A stretch of 64,000 nucleotides of DNA, from contig CAXXUK010000001.1 of assembly GCA_963665125.2 (NCBI GenBank), positions 2,336,001 to 2,400,000 of the forward strand, written 5' to 3'. How positions within the stretch are numbered: position 1 is the first letter of the stretch; every line of letters begins with the position of its first letter. Made by a program: the position numbers and the translations under genes. Below are positions 10,968 to 19,705 of the stretch, piece by piece. This DNA is from an uncultured Desulfarculus sp. (GTDB taxonomy: Bacteria; Desulfobacterota; Desulfarculia; Desulfarculales; Desulfarculaceae). The notes below the pieces were generated by a model that was not told the DNA's origin, did not search any database, and worked only from the letters and a program-made list of their open reading frames with translations.

Positions 10968-11348
10968 ATGCTTAAGAAGATTGAAGCGATCATTCGCGAA
11001 GACAAGTTCAACGACGTCAAGGAAGCCCTGCGCGACATCGGCATCGTGGGCATGAACATAACCGAAATCCGCGGCCACGGCCGCCAGGGCGGCATCGAGC
11101 TCTCCGGACGCTCGGGCACCTTCCAGGTGGACATGCTGCCCAAGATCCAGATCAATATCATCCTCAGCGAGGACAACCTCGACACCGCCGTCAACACGAT
11201 CCTGTCAGCCGGTCGCACCGGCGAAGCCGGAGACGGCCTGATCTTTGTATACCCGGTTGACGAGGTGGTCCGCATCCGAACCGGCGAACGCGGCCACGAG
11301 GCCGTGATGTATCCCGGTGATATCGATGAGAGGAAAAAGAAAAGCTAA
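10968..11348 (+). CDS. glnK: P-II family nitrogen regulator, copy 1
   Basis: KKIEAIIR, GHGRQ, LPK, TGEAGDG, RIRTGERG; directly downstream of amt. Confidence 0.92.
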   Translation: MLKKIEAIIREDKFNDVKEALRDIGIVGMNITEIRGHGRQGGIELSGRSGTFQVDMLPKIQINIILSEDNLDTAVNTILSAGRTGEAGDGLIFVYPVDEVVRIRTGERGHEAVMYPGDIDERKKKS

Positions 11349-11359
11349 GAGCCCGTCAC

Positions 11360-11396
11360 TGCCGCCAGTCCTACCGCCCGGTGGGATTGGCGGCAT
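11360..11396 (+). terminator. Hairpin after glnK1 (weak U tract)
   Basis: TGCCGCCAGTCC..GGATTGGCGGCA stem. Confidence 0.5.
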
Positions 11397-11720
11397 CGGC
11401 TACCAAAAGGTAGCTATAGAGCCAAAACCAAAGCAAGCAAACCGTTCACCCAAACCCCTCTCCCTCTGAATCCCGGCGCACTCCCCACGAATGTGCCGGG
11501 ATTCGCTCGTCTATTCCATGGGATAGCGACGCCATCCCAATCGGGTGGCCACGCCTGCGTGGCGGCGGCCCGCCGCGGGCAAGGCTCCGGCTTGGCCCCT
11601 TGAAAACCCGAAACCGCCCGGACATGCCCACTTCAAGCTACAAACGTGTAGTTTATGCCTCTGAATCACGATTCAGCCAACGACCTGTTTTCACGGCCAT
11701 ATTGCCGAAATCGCTCCAGG

Positions 11721-11736
11721 TGGCATGAATCTGGCT
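11721..11736 (+). promoter_or_regulatory. sigma54 promoter of amt2-glnK2
   Basis: TGGCATG-aatc-TGGCT, GG/GC correctly spaced; palindrome GCTACA-aacg-TGTAGT at 11637-11652 upstream. Confidence 0.7.
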
Positions 11737-11834
11737 AAAATCCCAAGCCCGACGACCCTACATAGGCTAGCCCCGCACCGGCCTCGCAAACCACGCGGGC
11801 AAGCCGCTACATACCCATGGCAGGAGGATGTGAT

Positions 11835-13061
11835 ATGGCCCCCCAGATCAACACGGGCGATACCGCATGGATCATGGTCTGCTGCTCGCTGGTCTTGATG
11901 ATGACCCCGGCGCTGGCCTTTTTCTATGGCGGCATGGTCCGCAAAAAAAACATTCTGAGCACCCTTACCCTGAGCATCGTCTTCATGGCCCTCATCGGCG
12001 TGCAATGGGTGCTCTACGGATACAGCCTGGCCTTTGGCCCGGACATCGGCGGTTTTATCGGCGGGCTGAACTTCATCGGCCTGGACGGCGTGGGCGCCGC
12101 CCCGGATCCCAACTACAGTTCGACCATTCCGGCCCAGCTATTCGCCACATTCCAAATGATGTTCGCGGTTATCACCCCGGCGCTGATCACCGGCGCCTTC
12201 GTGGAGCGGGTTCGTTTCAAAAGCTTTCTGCTTTTCGCCATTGCCTGGGCCACGCTGGTGTATGACCCGCTTTGCCACTGGGTCTGGGGCGTAGGCGGCT
12301 GGCTGCGCGAGATGGGCGTATTGGATTTCGCGGGCGGCACGGTGGTGCACATCTCGGCCGGATTCAGCGCCCTGGCCTTTGCCATGGCCATCGGCCCGCG
12401 CAAGGGCTTCGGCAGGGTGCCCATGGAGCCCCACAACATCCCCTATACGGTATTGGGCACCGGCCTGTTGTGGGTGGGCTGGTTCGGCTTCAACGCAGGC
12501 AGCGCCTTGGGCGCCAACGGCGTGGCCGTCAACGCCATCCTGACCACCAACACCTCGGGCGCCACCGCGGGCCTGGTCTGGATGATCCTAAGCTGGCTCG
12601 ACGGCCGCCCCTCGACCTTGGGTCTGGCCACGGGCATGGTCGTGGGCCTGGCCGCCGTGACCCCGGCCTCCGGGTTCGTAACCCCCATGGCCGCCATGGC
12701 CATCGGCGCAATAGCCGCGCCCATCAGCTATTATGCAATCCGTTTCCGGGAAAAACGCGGCCTGGATGAATCCCTGGACGTATGGGCCTGTCACGGCATG
12801 GCCTCCACCTGGGGCATGCTGGCCACGGGCCTGTGGGCCACCACCAAAGTCAACCCCGCCGGAGCAAACGGCCTGTTCCACGGCAATCCCGGTCAATTCG
12901 TGACCCAGCTTTGGGGCGTTATTGTCACCATGGTCTTCGCCTTTGTGGTAACTTTTGTCTTGGTCAAAATCCTTGACTGGAGCATCGGCCTGCGGGCCAC
13001 GGACGTTGAAGAGGAAGTCGGGCTTGACGTCAGCGCTCACGGTGAGCGAGCCTATTCCTAA
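11835..13061 (+). CDS. amtB: Ammonium transporter, copy 2
   Basis: Same Amt motifs as copy 1, including both pore histidines; ATG 11835 with AGGAGG. Confidence 0.96.
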   Translation: MAPQINTGDTAWIMVCCSLVLMMTPALAFFYGGMVRKKNILSTLTLSIVFMALIGVQWVLYGYSLAFGPDIGGFIGGLNFIGLDGVGAAPDPNYSSTIPAQLFATFQMMFAVITPALITGAFVERVRFKSFLLFAIAWATLVYDPLCHWVWGVGGWLREMGVLDFAGGTVVHISAGFSALAFAMAIGPRKGFGRVPMEPHNIPYTVLGTGLLWVGWFGFNAGSALGANGVAVNAILTTNTSGATAGLVWMILSWLDGRPSTLGLATGMVVGLAAVTPASGFVTPMAAMAIGAIAAPISYYAIRFREKRGLDESLDVWACHGMASTWGMLATGLWATTKVNPAGANGLFHGNPGQFVTQLWGVIVTMVFAFVVTFVLVKILDWSIGLRATDVEEEVGLDVSAHGERAYS

Positions 13062-13082
13062 GAAGATGCGGAGGATCACACT

Positions 13083-13463
13083 ATGTTGAAAAAACTCGAA
13101 GCGATTATTCGCGAGGACAAGTTCAACGACGTCAAAGAGGCCCTGCGCGATTTGGGCATCGTGGGCATGAACGCTACCGAGATTCGCGGCCACGGCCGCC
13201 AGGGCGGCATCGAGCTGTCGGGCCGCTCGGGCACCTTCCACGTGGACATGCTGCCCAAGGTGCAGATAAACATCGTGCTCAGCGAACAAAACGTCGAGGA
13301 AGTCGTCAACACCATCGTCCATTCCGCCCGCACCGGCGAGGCCGGCGACGGCCTGATCTTCATCTATCCGGTGGACGAGGTCGTGCGCATCCGCACCGGC
13401 GAACGAGGCCGCGACGCGGTGATGTATCCCGGAGATATCGACGAAAGGCGCGGCAAGAAGTAG
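13083..13463 (+). CDS. glnK: P-II family nitrogen regulator, copy 2
   Basis: Close paralogue of 10968-11348. Confidence 0.92.
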   Translation: MLKKLEAIIREDKFNDVKEALRDLGIVGMNATEIRGHGRQGGIELSGRSGTFHVDMLPKVQINIVLSEQNVEEVVNTIVHSARTGEAGDGLIFIYPVDEVVRIRTGERGRDAVMYPGDIDERRGKK

Positions 13464-13501
13464 CCTGCCTGTTGACCAAAGCGCTGCATCTCAAGTAATG
13501 T

Positions 13502-13543
13502 GCCGGGGACGGGGCCTGAACCCCGTCCCCGGCGCTTCTTTTT
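13502..13543 (+). terminator. Intrinsic terminator after glnK2
   Basis: GCCGGGGACGGGG..CCCCGTCCCCGGC stem followed by TTCTTTTT. Confidence 0.8.
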
Positions 13544-13620
13544 GAACCGGCCCCTTAATAACAGCCGGGGGCCGAAATCTAAAACGGCGGCTGTCAGCTC
13601 ATTGCTCAAGGACGCAAGGC

Positions 13621-13926
13621 ATGCGTATTTCAAAATCGGTTTTGATCAATTCATTGGCGGCGCTGGTTCTGGTGGCGGCCGGCTATATGTTGGGCCAGGC
13701 CTTCCCGGCCAACACGGCCACGGCAAATCCACTTTGTTCTCGAACAGAAATTACCGGCGATTTAAAGATGCGGCAGGGTGACCAGGTTATGGTGTTTGTT
13801 GATGGGGCCCAACGCATGGTGCACTGCGGCCTTGCCAGCGGCTGCACCGCAGGCAAGGCGGCGATCAGGGTTAACAAAGCCGTCCGCACCAGCAACGGAG
13901 ACATACAATACACTATTTTTCAATAA
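13621..13926 (+). CDS. Hypothetical exported or membrane-anchored protein (101 aa)
   Basis: N-terminal hydrophobic segment, AAGGA upstream, hairpin at ~13972-14007 downstream. Confidence 0.6.
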   Translation: MRISKSVLINSLAALVLVAAGYMLGQAFPANTATANPLCSRTEITGDLKMRQGDQVMVFVDGAQRMVHCGLASGCTAGKAAIRVNKAVRTSNGDIQYTIFQ

Positions 13927-14200
13927 TCAAGGCTCGTTGGGCCAGCGGCACCCAAGCCAGAGAATAAAACTACCCCGCGCCCGGTCAGAGATGATCGGCG
14001 CGGGGTTTCCTTTGCCATTAGACCAGGCATTCGGACACGGATGTTTGACCTATACCCGGATATATGATTAATATACACGCCGTGAAGGTTGTTGATTCTT
14101 CATCGCGGATTCCTGCCTCCGCATTGCCAGCCAAGCCACGCAACTTTTACACATTGGCCCAACAGGCCCTTGTGTGAAATAAACACGTAATTACAGCAAG

Positions 14201-15463
14201 TTGATTTCAAGCGATGCTTTGAATTTGTTCGAAAAACATGCGGGGTTGTCTTTGAAAAAGCTGGCGCAATGGATTTGGGGTCTGGTCACCGTAGGCCTGT
14301 TTGTCAATTTGGCTATCGTCGGTGTCGACGAAGGCTTCGCCCTGACGGAACAATTCGGTCTGGCGGCCTTTTATTTCCTGTTGGCGGTTGTGATATTTTT
14401 CGTGGTCCGGGCAGGGTCTACGCTGCTGAAAAAGAAAACCCTGATCCACTCGCTTATGGTGGTCTGCGCCATAATCTGTTCGCTGATCCTGTTTGAGCTG
14501 ATCATGATTCCCTTTGACATCGTGTTCAGCTCATCCAATAGAAATGTCTACAATTTCGATGACCGCACCGCGATTATGCAGGTCAATGAACTGAAAAAAG
14601 CGGCCCTGGACATGCAAAGGGACGACGAACTGGGCTACAGGCCCAACACCGGCGGCGACAGCCTGTATGACGGTCACGGCGCATTCAAAAACGAATACAG
14701 CCTTGAAAAAGCCCCCGGCAACACACGGGTTTTGTTCATCGGCGACTCAATCGCGGCCATCGGCTATCTGAGCGCGGCGGTCAAGGGCCTGAACCAGGCC
14801 GGCGGCTATGAATACTGGAACATGGGCGTGCACGGCTATTCCACCAGGCAGGAGCTGAAATACTTCGAGCGCTACGGCCGCAAGCTCAGGCCCGACATCG
14901 TGATCCTGGAATTTTGCCTCAATGACTTTGACGGCACGCCGGTGGTGCTCAAGGATGAAAACGGCAAGACCATCGTCGCCAACCTTTACCTGGGCGAGGA
15001 GCACTTCAACTACTGGCTATACAAGCACTCCACCCTGTACAGGCTCTACCTGTCCCTGAAAGCCTCGGTCAGCGACCGCGCCGGGCTGGTGGAAGACGTC
15101 CGCAAAAACATCAAAAAAATGCAGCAGTACGCCCGGGAGGACGGCTTTGCCCTGCGGGTGGTCGTCTATCCCCTGCTGCTGGAATATGACCAGTGGCCCG
15201 AGTCCTACAAGACCCAGAGGCAAGACGCCGTGGCCCTGCTGAAGGACTTGGGCGTGGAGTTTTATGATGCCAATGATTTTGTGCAGGGGCAAATAAAGGC
15301 TCGTTCCAGGGATCATGTCCGCCTGGGCCGTGACGACCAGTTTCATCCCTCCAAGGCCCTGGCCAAAGATCTGGCCGGACAAATACTGGACGCCGGTTTT
15401 CTGGCAGCGCCCCAAGGCGAGCAGACCGCGAAAGACGACGGCACAGCGGCGAAGGGGCGGTAA
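14201..15463 (+). CDS. Membrane-anchored SGNH/GDSL hydrolase family protein
   Basis: Three N-terminal TM segments; FIGDS, NMGVHGY, LNDF and DxxHP catalytic blocks. Confidence 0.8.
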   Translation: MISSDALNLFEKHAGLSLKKLAQWIWGLVTVGLFVNLAIVGVDEGFALTEQFGLAAFYFLLAVVIFFVVRAGSTLLKKKTLIHSLMVVCAIICSLILFELIMIPFDIVFSSSNRNVYNFDDRTAIMQVNELKKAALDMQRDDELGYRPNTGGDSLYDGHGAFKNEYSLEKAPGNTRVLFIGDSIAAIGYLSAAVKGLNQAGGYEYWNMGVHGYSTRQELKYFERYGRKLRPDIVILEFCLNDFDGTPVVLKDENGKTIVANLYLGEEHFNYWLYKHSTLYRLYLSLKASVSDRAGLVEDVRKNIKKMQQYAREDGFALRVVVYPLLLEYDQWPESYKTQRQDAVALLKDLGVEFYDANDFVQGQIKARSRDHVRLGRDDQFHPSKALAKDLAGQILDAGFLAAPQGEQTAKDDGTAAKGR

Positions 15464-15597
15464 GGGCGGCATCCGGTCCTCAGATGGCCGAGCGTGGGTT
15501 ACACTTACACTGTTCAACCAACCCATTATTGACCAATTACTTAAAACGAAGCTATATTACTTAAAAATAATAACAAAACGACATACTGGAAACTGTA

Positions 15598-16719
15598 ATG
15601 CCAGATGATAAGACTATAGAGTTCTTGAGATATAAAGACTTTATACTTGCCGAAGAGTTAGGAAAAGGAGCCTGTGGTAAAACTGTTTTATTATATGATG
15701 AAACAATAGAAGAAAGCTTCGTATGTAAAAAATATTGCCCATATTCTGAATCTAATCGAGAAAATTTATTTAATAATTTCATTCGTGAAATAAAGCTATT
15801 ACACCATGTATTTCACCAAAATATCGTTCGCTTTTTTAGTTATTATTTGTACCCAACCAAATACTCTGGGTATATTATTATGGAGTATGTAGACGGATTT
15901 GACATTCAAGATTATCTTCTTTCAAACCCTAGCAATGTTGACAACATATTTAAACAAACAATTAATGGATTTGCGTATTTAGAATCCAAGAAAATACTTC
16001 ATAGGGATATCAGGGTCTCAAATATATTGGTTACAAAGGACCATCAGGTAAAAATAATTGACTTTGGATTTGGGAAAAAGATTGAAAGAAAATTAGACTT
16101 TAACAAAAGTATTAGCCTGAACTGGTGGTGCGAACTACCAAATGAATTTAATGATTCTTTATACGATTTTAAAACAGAAGTATATTTTATTGGGAAGCTG
16201 TTTGAAAAATGTATTCGTGACTACTCTATTGAATCGTTTAGCTACAAAGACATTTTATTGCGTATGTGTGCCAAAGACCCTGATAATAGAATCAACAGCT
16301 TTTTTGATGTTGAAAAGGAAACTCTAAGTAAAAATTCATCCAACATCAACATATCAGAGTACGATGCCCATACATATCGCCGCTTTGCAGAATCGCTTAG
16401 CGAACACATTAGTCGGGTTGAATACGGTACCAAATACCACGACGATCCTTCCAAAATAGAGGAGCAATTAGATTCAGCATTCAGAAAGTGTATGCTTGAA
16501 GAATTTGTGCCCGATTGTGTGATAATCATTAGATGTTTCATAGACGGCGCATACTATTACAAGAAAACTGGTTTTCCAGTGGATGATCTTAATGGATTTA
16601 TCGGCGTCTTTAAATCATCATCGCTTGAGAAAAAGAGAATCATATTAGCCAACCTTCACACTAGACTTGATTCTCTCCCCCGCTATTCTGAGCAGTCAGA
16701 CGACGATATTCCATTTTAG
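15598..16719 (+). CDS. Hanks-type protein kinase with C-terminal DDDIPF tail (AT-rich, probably foreign)
   Basis: LGKGACGKT glycine loop, VCKK, alphaC Glu (REIK), HRDIRVSN, IIDFG; much more AT-rich than the flanks. Confidence 0.9.
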   Translation: MPDDKTIEFLRYKDFILAEELGKGACGKTVLLYDETIEESFVCKKYCPYSESNRENLFNNFIREIKLLHHVFHQNIVRFFSYYLYPTKYSGYIIMEYVDGFDIQDYLLSNPSNVDNIFKQTINGFAYLESKKILHRDIRVSNILVTKDHQVKIIDFGFGKKIERKLDFNKSISLNWWCELPNEFNDSLYDFKTEVYFIGKLFEKCIRDYSIESFSYKDILLRMCAKDPDNRINSFFDVEKETLSKNSSNINISEYDAHTYRRFAESLSEHISRVEYGTKYHDDPSKIEEQLDSAFRKCMLEEFVPDCVIIIRCFIDGAYYYKKTGFPVDDLNGFIGVFKSSSLEKKRIILANLHTRLDSLPRYSEQSDDDIPF

Positions 16720-16977
16720 CCTTTTAACTGATTTTCCGATATGTTAATAACTCACTAAACTCACCCTTGCTGCTTTGACGCTGGCTTTTCCACTGCCCCG
16801 GCCCCGGCATAATGCCGCCAAGAACTTTAATATTTTTCATACAGCCAAGGGAGATGCGGCCATGCGCAAATTCAGCGGCAACTGCGCCTATGAATGGGGC
16901 CTGCTCAACGCTCGGCGCAAGGAAAACGCCCGGCCTCCATCGCGGAAGCCGGGCGCCTGAACCAAATCAACAGACCG

Positions 16978-17877
16978 TTAGTGGTGTCCGCCCTCAATGG
17001 CGGCCTTGGCGTGGGCCACGTATATGGCCACGACCGCCGGGTTGGCGGTGATGGGCTCCAGCACGCACTGGGTCTGGATGCCCGCCTTGTTCAGCACGCT
17101 CTTCCAAGAGTCGGGCTCGTCACCGGCCATGTCATTGGTGGCGTGGTCGCCGGCCACGGTCATGAACGGCACTAAATAGGCCTTTTTGACCTTGGCGGCC
17201 TTGAGCAAGGCCACGATGTCATCCAAGCTGGGATAGCCCTCCACCGTGCCCATGAACAGCGGCGCGTGGCCCTGGCCCAGGATATAAGCCATGGCCGGAT
17301 AGACCACACCGGCCGGGTGGTGGGTGCCGTGGCCCATGTAGACCACGGCCTCGCCCCCCGCAAGCTTGGCGGGCGGGGATTTTTTGAGGATATCGGCAAC
17401 GTCCTTCAGGTCGTCTGTGGTGCTGCACAGGGGCATGCCCAGGCGCACCATGAAGCAGCCGCCCATGACCTTGAAGCCTTCCACCACGGCCACCAGGTCA
17501 TGAAATTCCGCACCGGGGATCACGTGCAGCGACTGGACGATGACCTTGTTGTAGCCTTGGTCCCGCAGCGTGGCCAGGGCCTCGGCAGGCGACTGCCAGG
17601 TCTTGCCCTGTTTTTCGGCCACGATGCGGCGCACGATCTTGGAAGTAAAGGCCCAGCGAATCTCCACGCCGGGGAAGGCCTTCTTGAAGGCCGCGTCCAC
17701 GCCGTCAAACACGGCCTGGGCCTTGGGGATGCTGGTGCCGAAGCTCACCAGGAGGATGGCCTGTTTGGCCTCGGCCGGTTTTTTGGCGTGTTCGGCATTG
17801 GCCAGGGCGGGCATCGCCCCGATCAATACTGCCAGGGTCAGGGCCAGGAAAAGATGACGGATCTTGATGGCATGCAT
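16978..17877 (-). CDS. cbiK: Sirohydrochlorin cobaltochelatase family protein with signal peptide (periplasmic CbiK-like)
   Basis: LLVSFGTS, QSLHVIPGAEF, YMGHG, GTVEGYP, VAGDHATNDMAG..DSWKS; AxA signal peptide. Confidence 0.9.
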   Translation of the reverse strand: MHAIKIRHLFLALTLAVLIGAMPALANAEHAKKPAEAKQAILLVSFGTSIPKAQAVFDGVDAAFKKAFPGVEIRWAFTSKIVRRIVAEKQGKTWQSPAEALATLRDQGYNKVIVQSLHVIPGAEFHDLVAVVEGFKVMGGCFMVRLGMPLCSTTDDLKDVADILKKSPPAKLAGGEAVVYMGHGTHHPAGVVYPAMAYILGQGHAPLFMGTVEGYPSLDDIVALLKAAKVKKAYLVPFMTVAGDHATNDMAGDEPDSWKSVLNKAGIQTQCVLEPITANPAVVAIYVAHAKAAIEGGHH

Positions 17878-18004
17878 GATGCTGCTCCTCCGACCCCCGG
17901 AGGGATTACCGCACCCCGGAGGCCATTAGCCCCCGGTTCTGCACCCTTTTTCTTCGAAACCAGGGAGCGGTTCCGGCCTTACCCGAGCCGGGTCCGCATG
18001 TTTT

Positions 18005-18175
18005 GGGCCACCGGGCAGGTCTTCTGGCTTCCGGGTCATCCGAGGCTCCCGCGCCTTCCCGCCCGTGGGGGCAGTGGCCTTGTGGGGGCTCGTCTCCGGT
18101 TACAGCGGCGGGACCGCGACGGACTTGCACCGTCTTCCCTATTAAGCGCCCATGGCGCCCGGTGGTGATTTGGGG
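18005..18175 (-). ncRNA. Cobalamin riboswitch
   Basis: Minus strand reads AATAGGGAA-GACGGTGCAAGTCCGTC-GCGGTCCCGCCGCTGTAA...GCCACTG...GGGAAGG...AAGCCAGAAGACCTGCC, upstream of cbiK; ends approximate. Confidence 0.93.
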
Positions 18176-18221
18176 CATCATATAGCCGATGGCCTTCTGG
18201 TTGAAGTAAAAAACCGCCCTG

Positions 18222-18974
18222 TTACTCGCCGAACCCGCCGATCCGCTTGGCGGCCCCGGTCATCTCGAAAGGCGTCTCAAGCTCGCGTCTGGCGGCGGCG
18301 GCCCAGGCGTCGCGTATGCCCTGCACATAGAGCTGCTTGTGGGCGGCCACGGCGTGGGGGTCGTTGGCCATGATGCCCTGGGCCAGATATCGCGCCGAGG
18401 CCTCCAGCTCGCCCTTGGGCACGCACTGGCAGGCCAAGCCGATGCGCACGGCCTCTTCCGCAAGCACCGTGCGCGACGTATAGGTCATTTCCTGGGCCTT
18501 TAGCCAGCCCACCCGGGCGGGCAGCCGATAGCTCATGCCCCAGAGGCAACGCAGGCCCCATTTGGTGTGGGTGTCGCCGAACTTGGCCTTTTCCGAGGCT
18601 ATGATCAGGTCGCAGCCCAGGGCCAGTTCCAGCCCGCCGGTTAGGCAATAGCCGTTCACGGCGCCGATGATGATCTTGGGCATATCGGCCATGGCCTCGA
18701 TGAGCGCCCGCGCGGGCTTGTGCAGGACCTCCTCGGCGTCAACGCCTTGGGTGAGTTGCTCGGTCATGGCCACCAGATCCACGCCCGCACAAAAGGCCCG
18801 CCCCGCCCCGGTGAGGATTATCACGCTCACATTGCGGTCGGCGGCGGCCTGGTCCAGGGCCTGCCTGGCCTCGGTGAGCAGCAGCGGGGTGATGGAGTTG
18901 AGGGCATCGGGCCGGTTCAGGGTGATGGTGGCGATCAGATCTTTCACTTCATACAAAATCGTATCAAAGGGCAT
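18222..18974 (-). CDS. Enoyl-CoA hydratase/isomerase family protein
   Basis: ITLNRPDALN, AFCAGVDL, GGLELALGCD. Confidence 0.92.
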   Translation of the reverse strand: MPFDTILYEVKDLIATITLNRPDALNSITPLLLTEARQALDQAAADRNVSVIILTGAGRAFCAGVDLVAMTEQLTQGVDAEEVLHKPARALIEAMADMPKIIIGAVNGYCLTGGLELALGCDLIIASEKAKFGDTHTKWGLRCLWGMSYRLPARVGWLKAQEMTYTSRTVLAEEAVRIGLACQCVPKGELEASARYLAQGIMANDPHAVAAHKQLYVQGIRDAWAAAARRELETPFEMTGAAKRIGGFGE

Positions 18975-18999
18975 GGGTGCTCCTTTCGCTGGGGCGCGT

Positions 19000-19665
19000 C
19001 TACCATAACCAAGGTACGAGCCGATAGCGCGTCTTATGGGTATAGGCCGCGTAGCCCGCCAGTTCTCCCATTAAAGTTCGGTCTTCGCGGAACGTGCGCC
19101 ATATGAACAGTGCGGCGATCAGGCCCGCCGGAACAAAGGTCCACAAGGAGCCCAGCATCAGTGGCGTGGCCAGGGTGCCAAATATAACCCCTGTATATCC
19201 GGGATGGCGCACGACGGCGTAGGGACCAGAGGAAACAACGCTGTGGCCGCGCTCGGTCTGGATGCGCACGAATTGCTCGAAGTAGCGGTTTTCCAGCATG
19301 GCCCACGCGGCAAGGGCCATGGACAAGGCCATTATGGCCAGGCCCGGCCAAAACCAGCCCCAGGTCGGGGATGACCACCGGTAGCCCACAGCGTCGAAAC
19401 CGGCGATCAGGGGTGTCAGGAACGGCAACGCCAGCCATGGCGGGAAAAAGACCTTGTCAAAGTCTTTCATGTCCCGGCGGGGGTGGGAGCGCTGCCTGAG
19501 AAGATCCGGTGCCTTGACGGCCAATAGAACCATGGTGCAGCCTTCCATGACCAGCACGGCCAACAGATAGGCCCAGGCCCTGGTCCAGTGAATGGTCCCC
19601 GCCGAGCCGAAGAAGATGCCCCCGAAGATAATCAGGAGCCCCAGTCTCTGGATCGCGTAACGCAT
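19000..19665 (-). CDS. Isoprenylcysteine carboxyl methyltransferase (ICMT/PEMT) family membrane protein
   Basis: VVSSGPYAVVRHPGY, EDRTL..EL.GY..Y...RYRLVP. Confidence 0.88.
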   Translation of the reverse strand: MRYAIQRLGLLIIFGGIFFGSAGTIHWTRAWAYLLAVLVMEGCTMVLLAVKAPDLLRQRSHPRRDMKDFDKVFFPPWLALPFLTPLIAGFDAVGYRWSSPTWGWFWPGLAIMALSMALAAWAMLENRYFEQFVRIQTERGHSVVSSGPYAVVRHPGYTGVIFGTLATPLMLGSLWTFVPAGLIAALFIWRTFREDRTLMGELAGYAAYTHKTRYRLVPWLW

Positions 19666-19705
19666 GTCCCCCCCTTGGCCGCGAATCTGACAACGCTACG
19701 CCACT

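Noticed and set aside
16720..16752. TTTTAAC...GTTAATA after the kinase stop as a possible integron attC site
   Set aside because: Too short, no inner L boxes, no matching site upstream, and no integrase.
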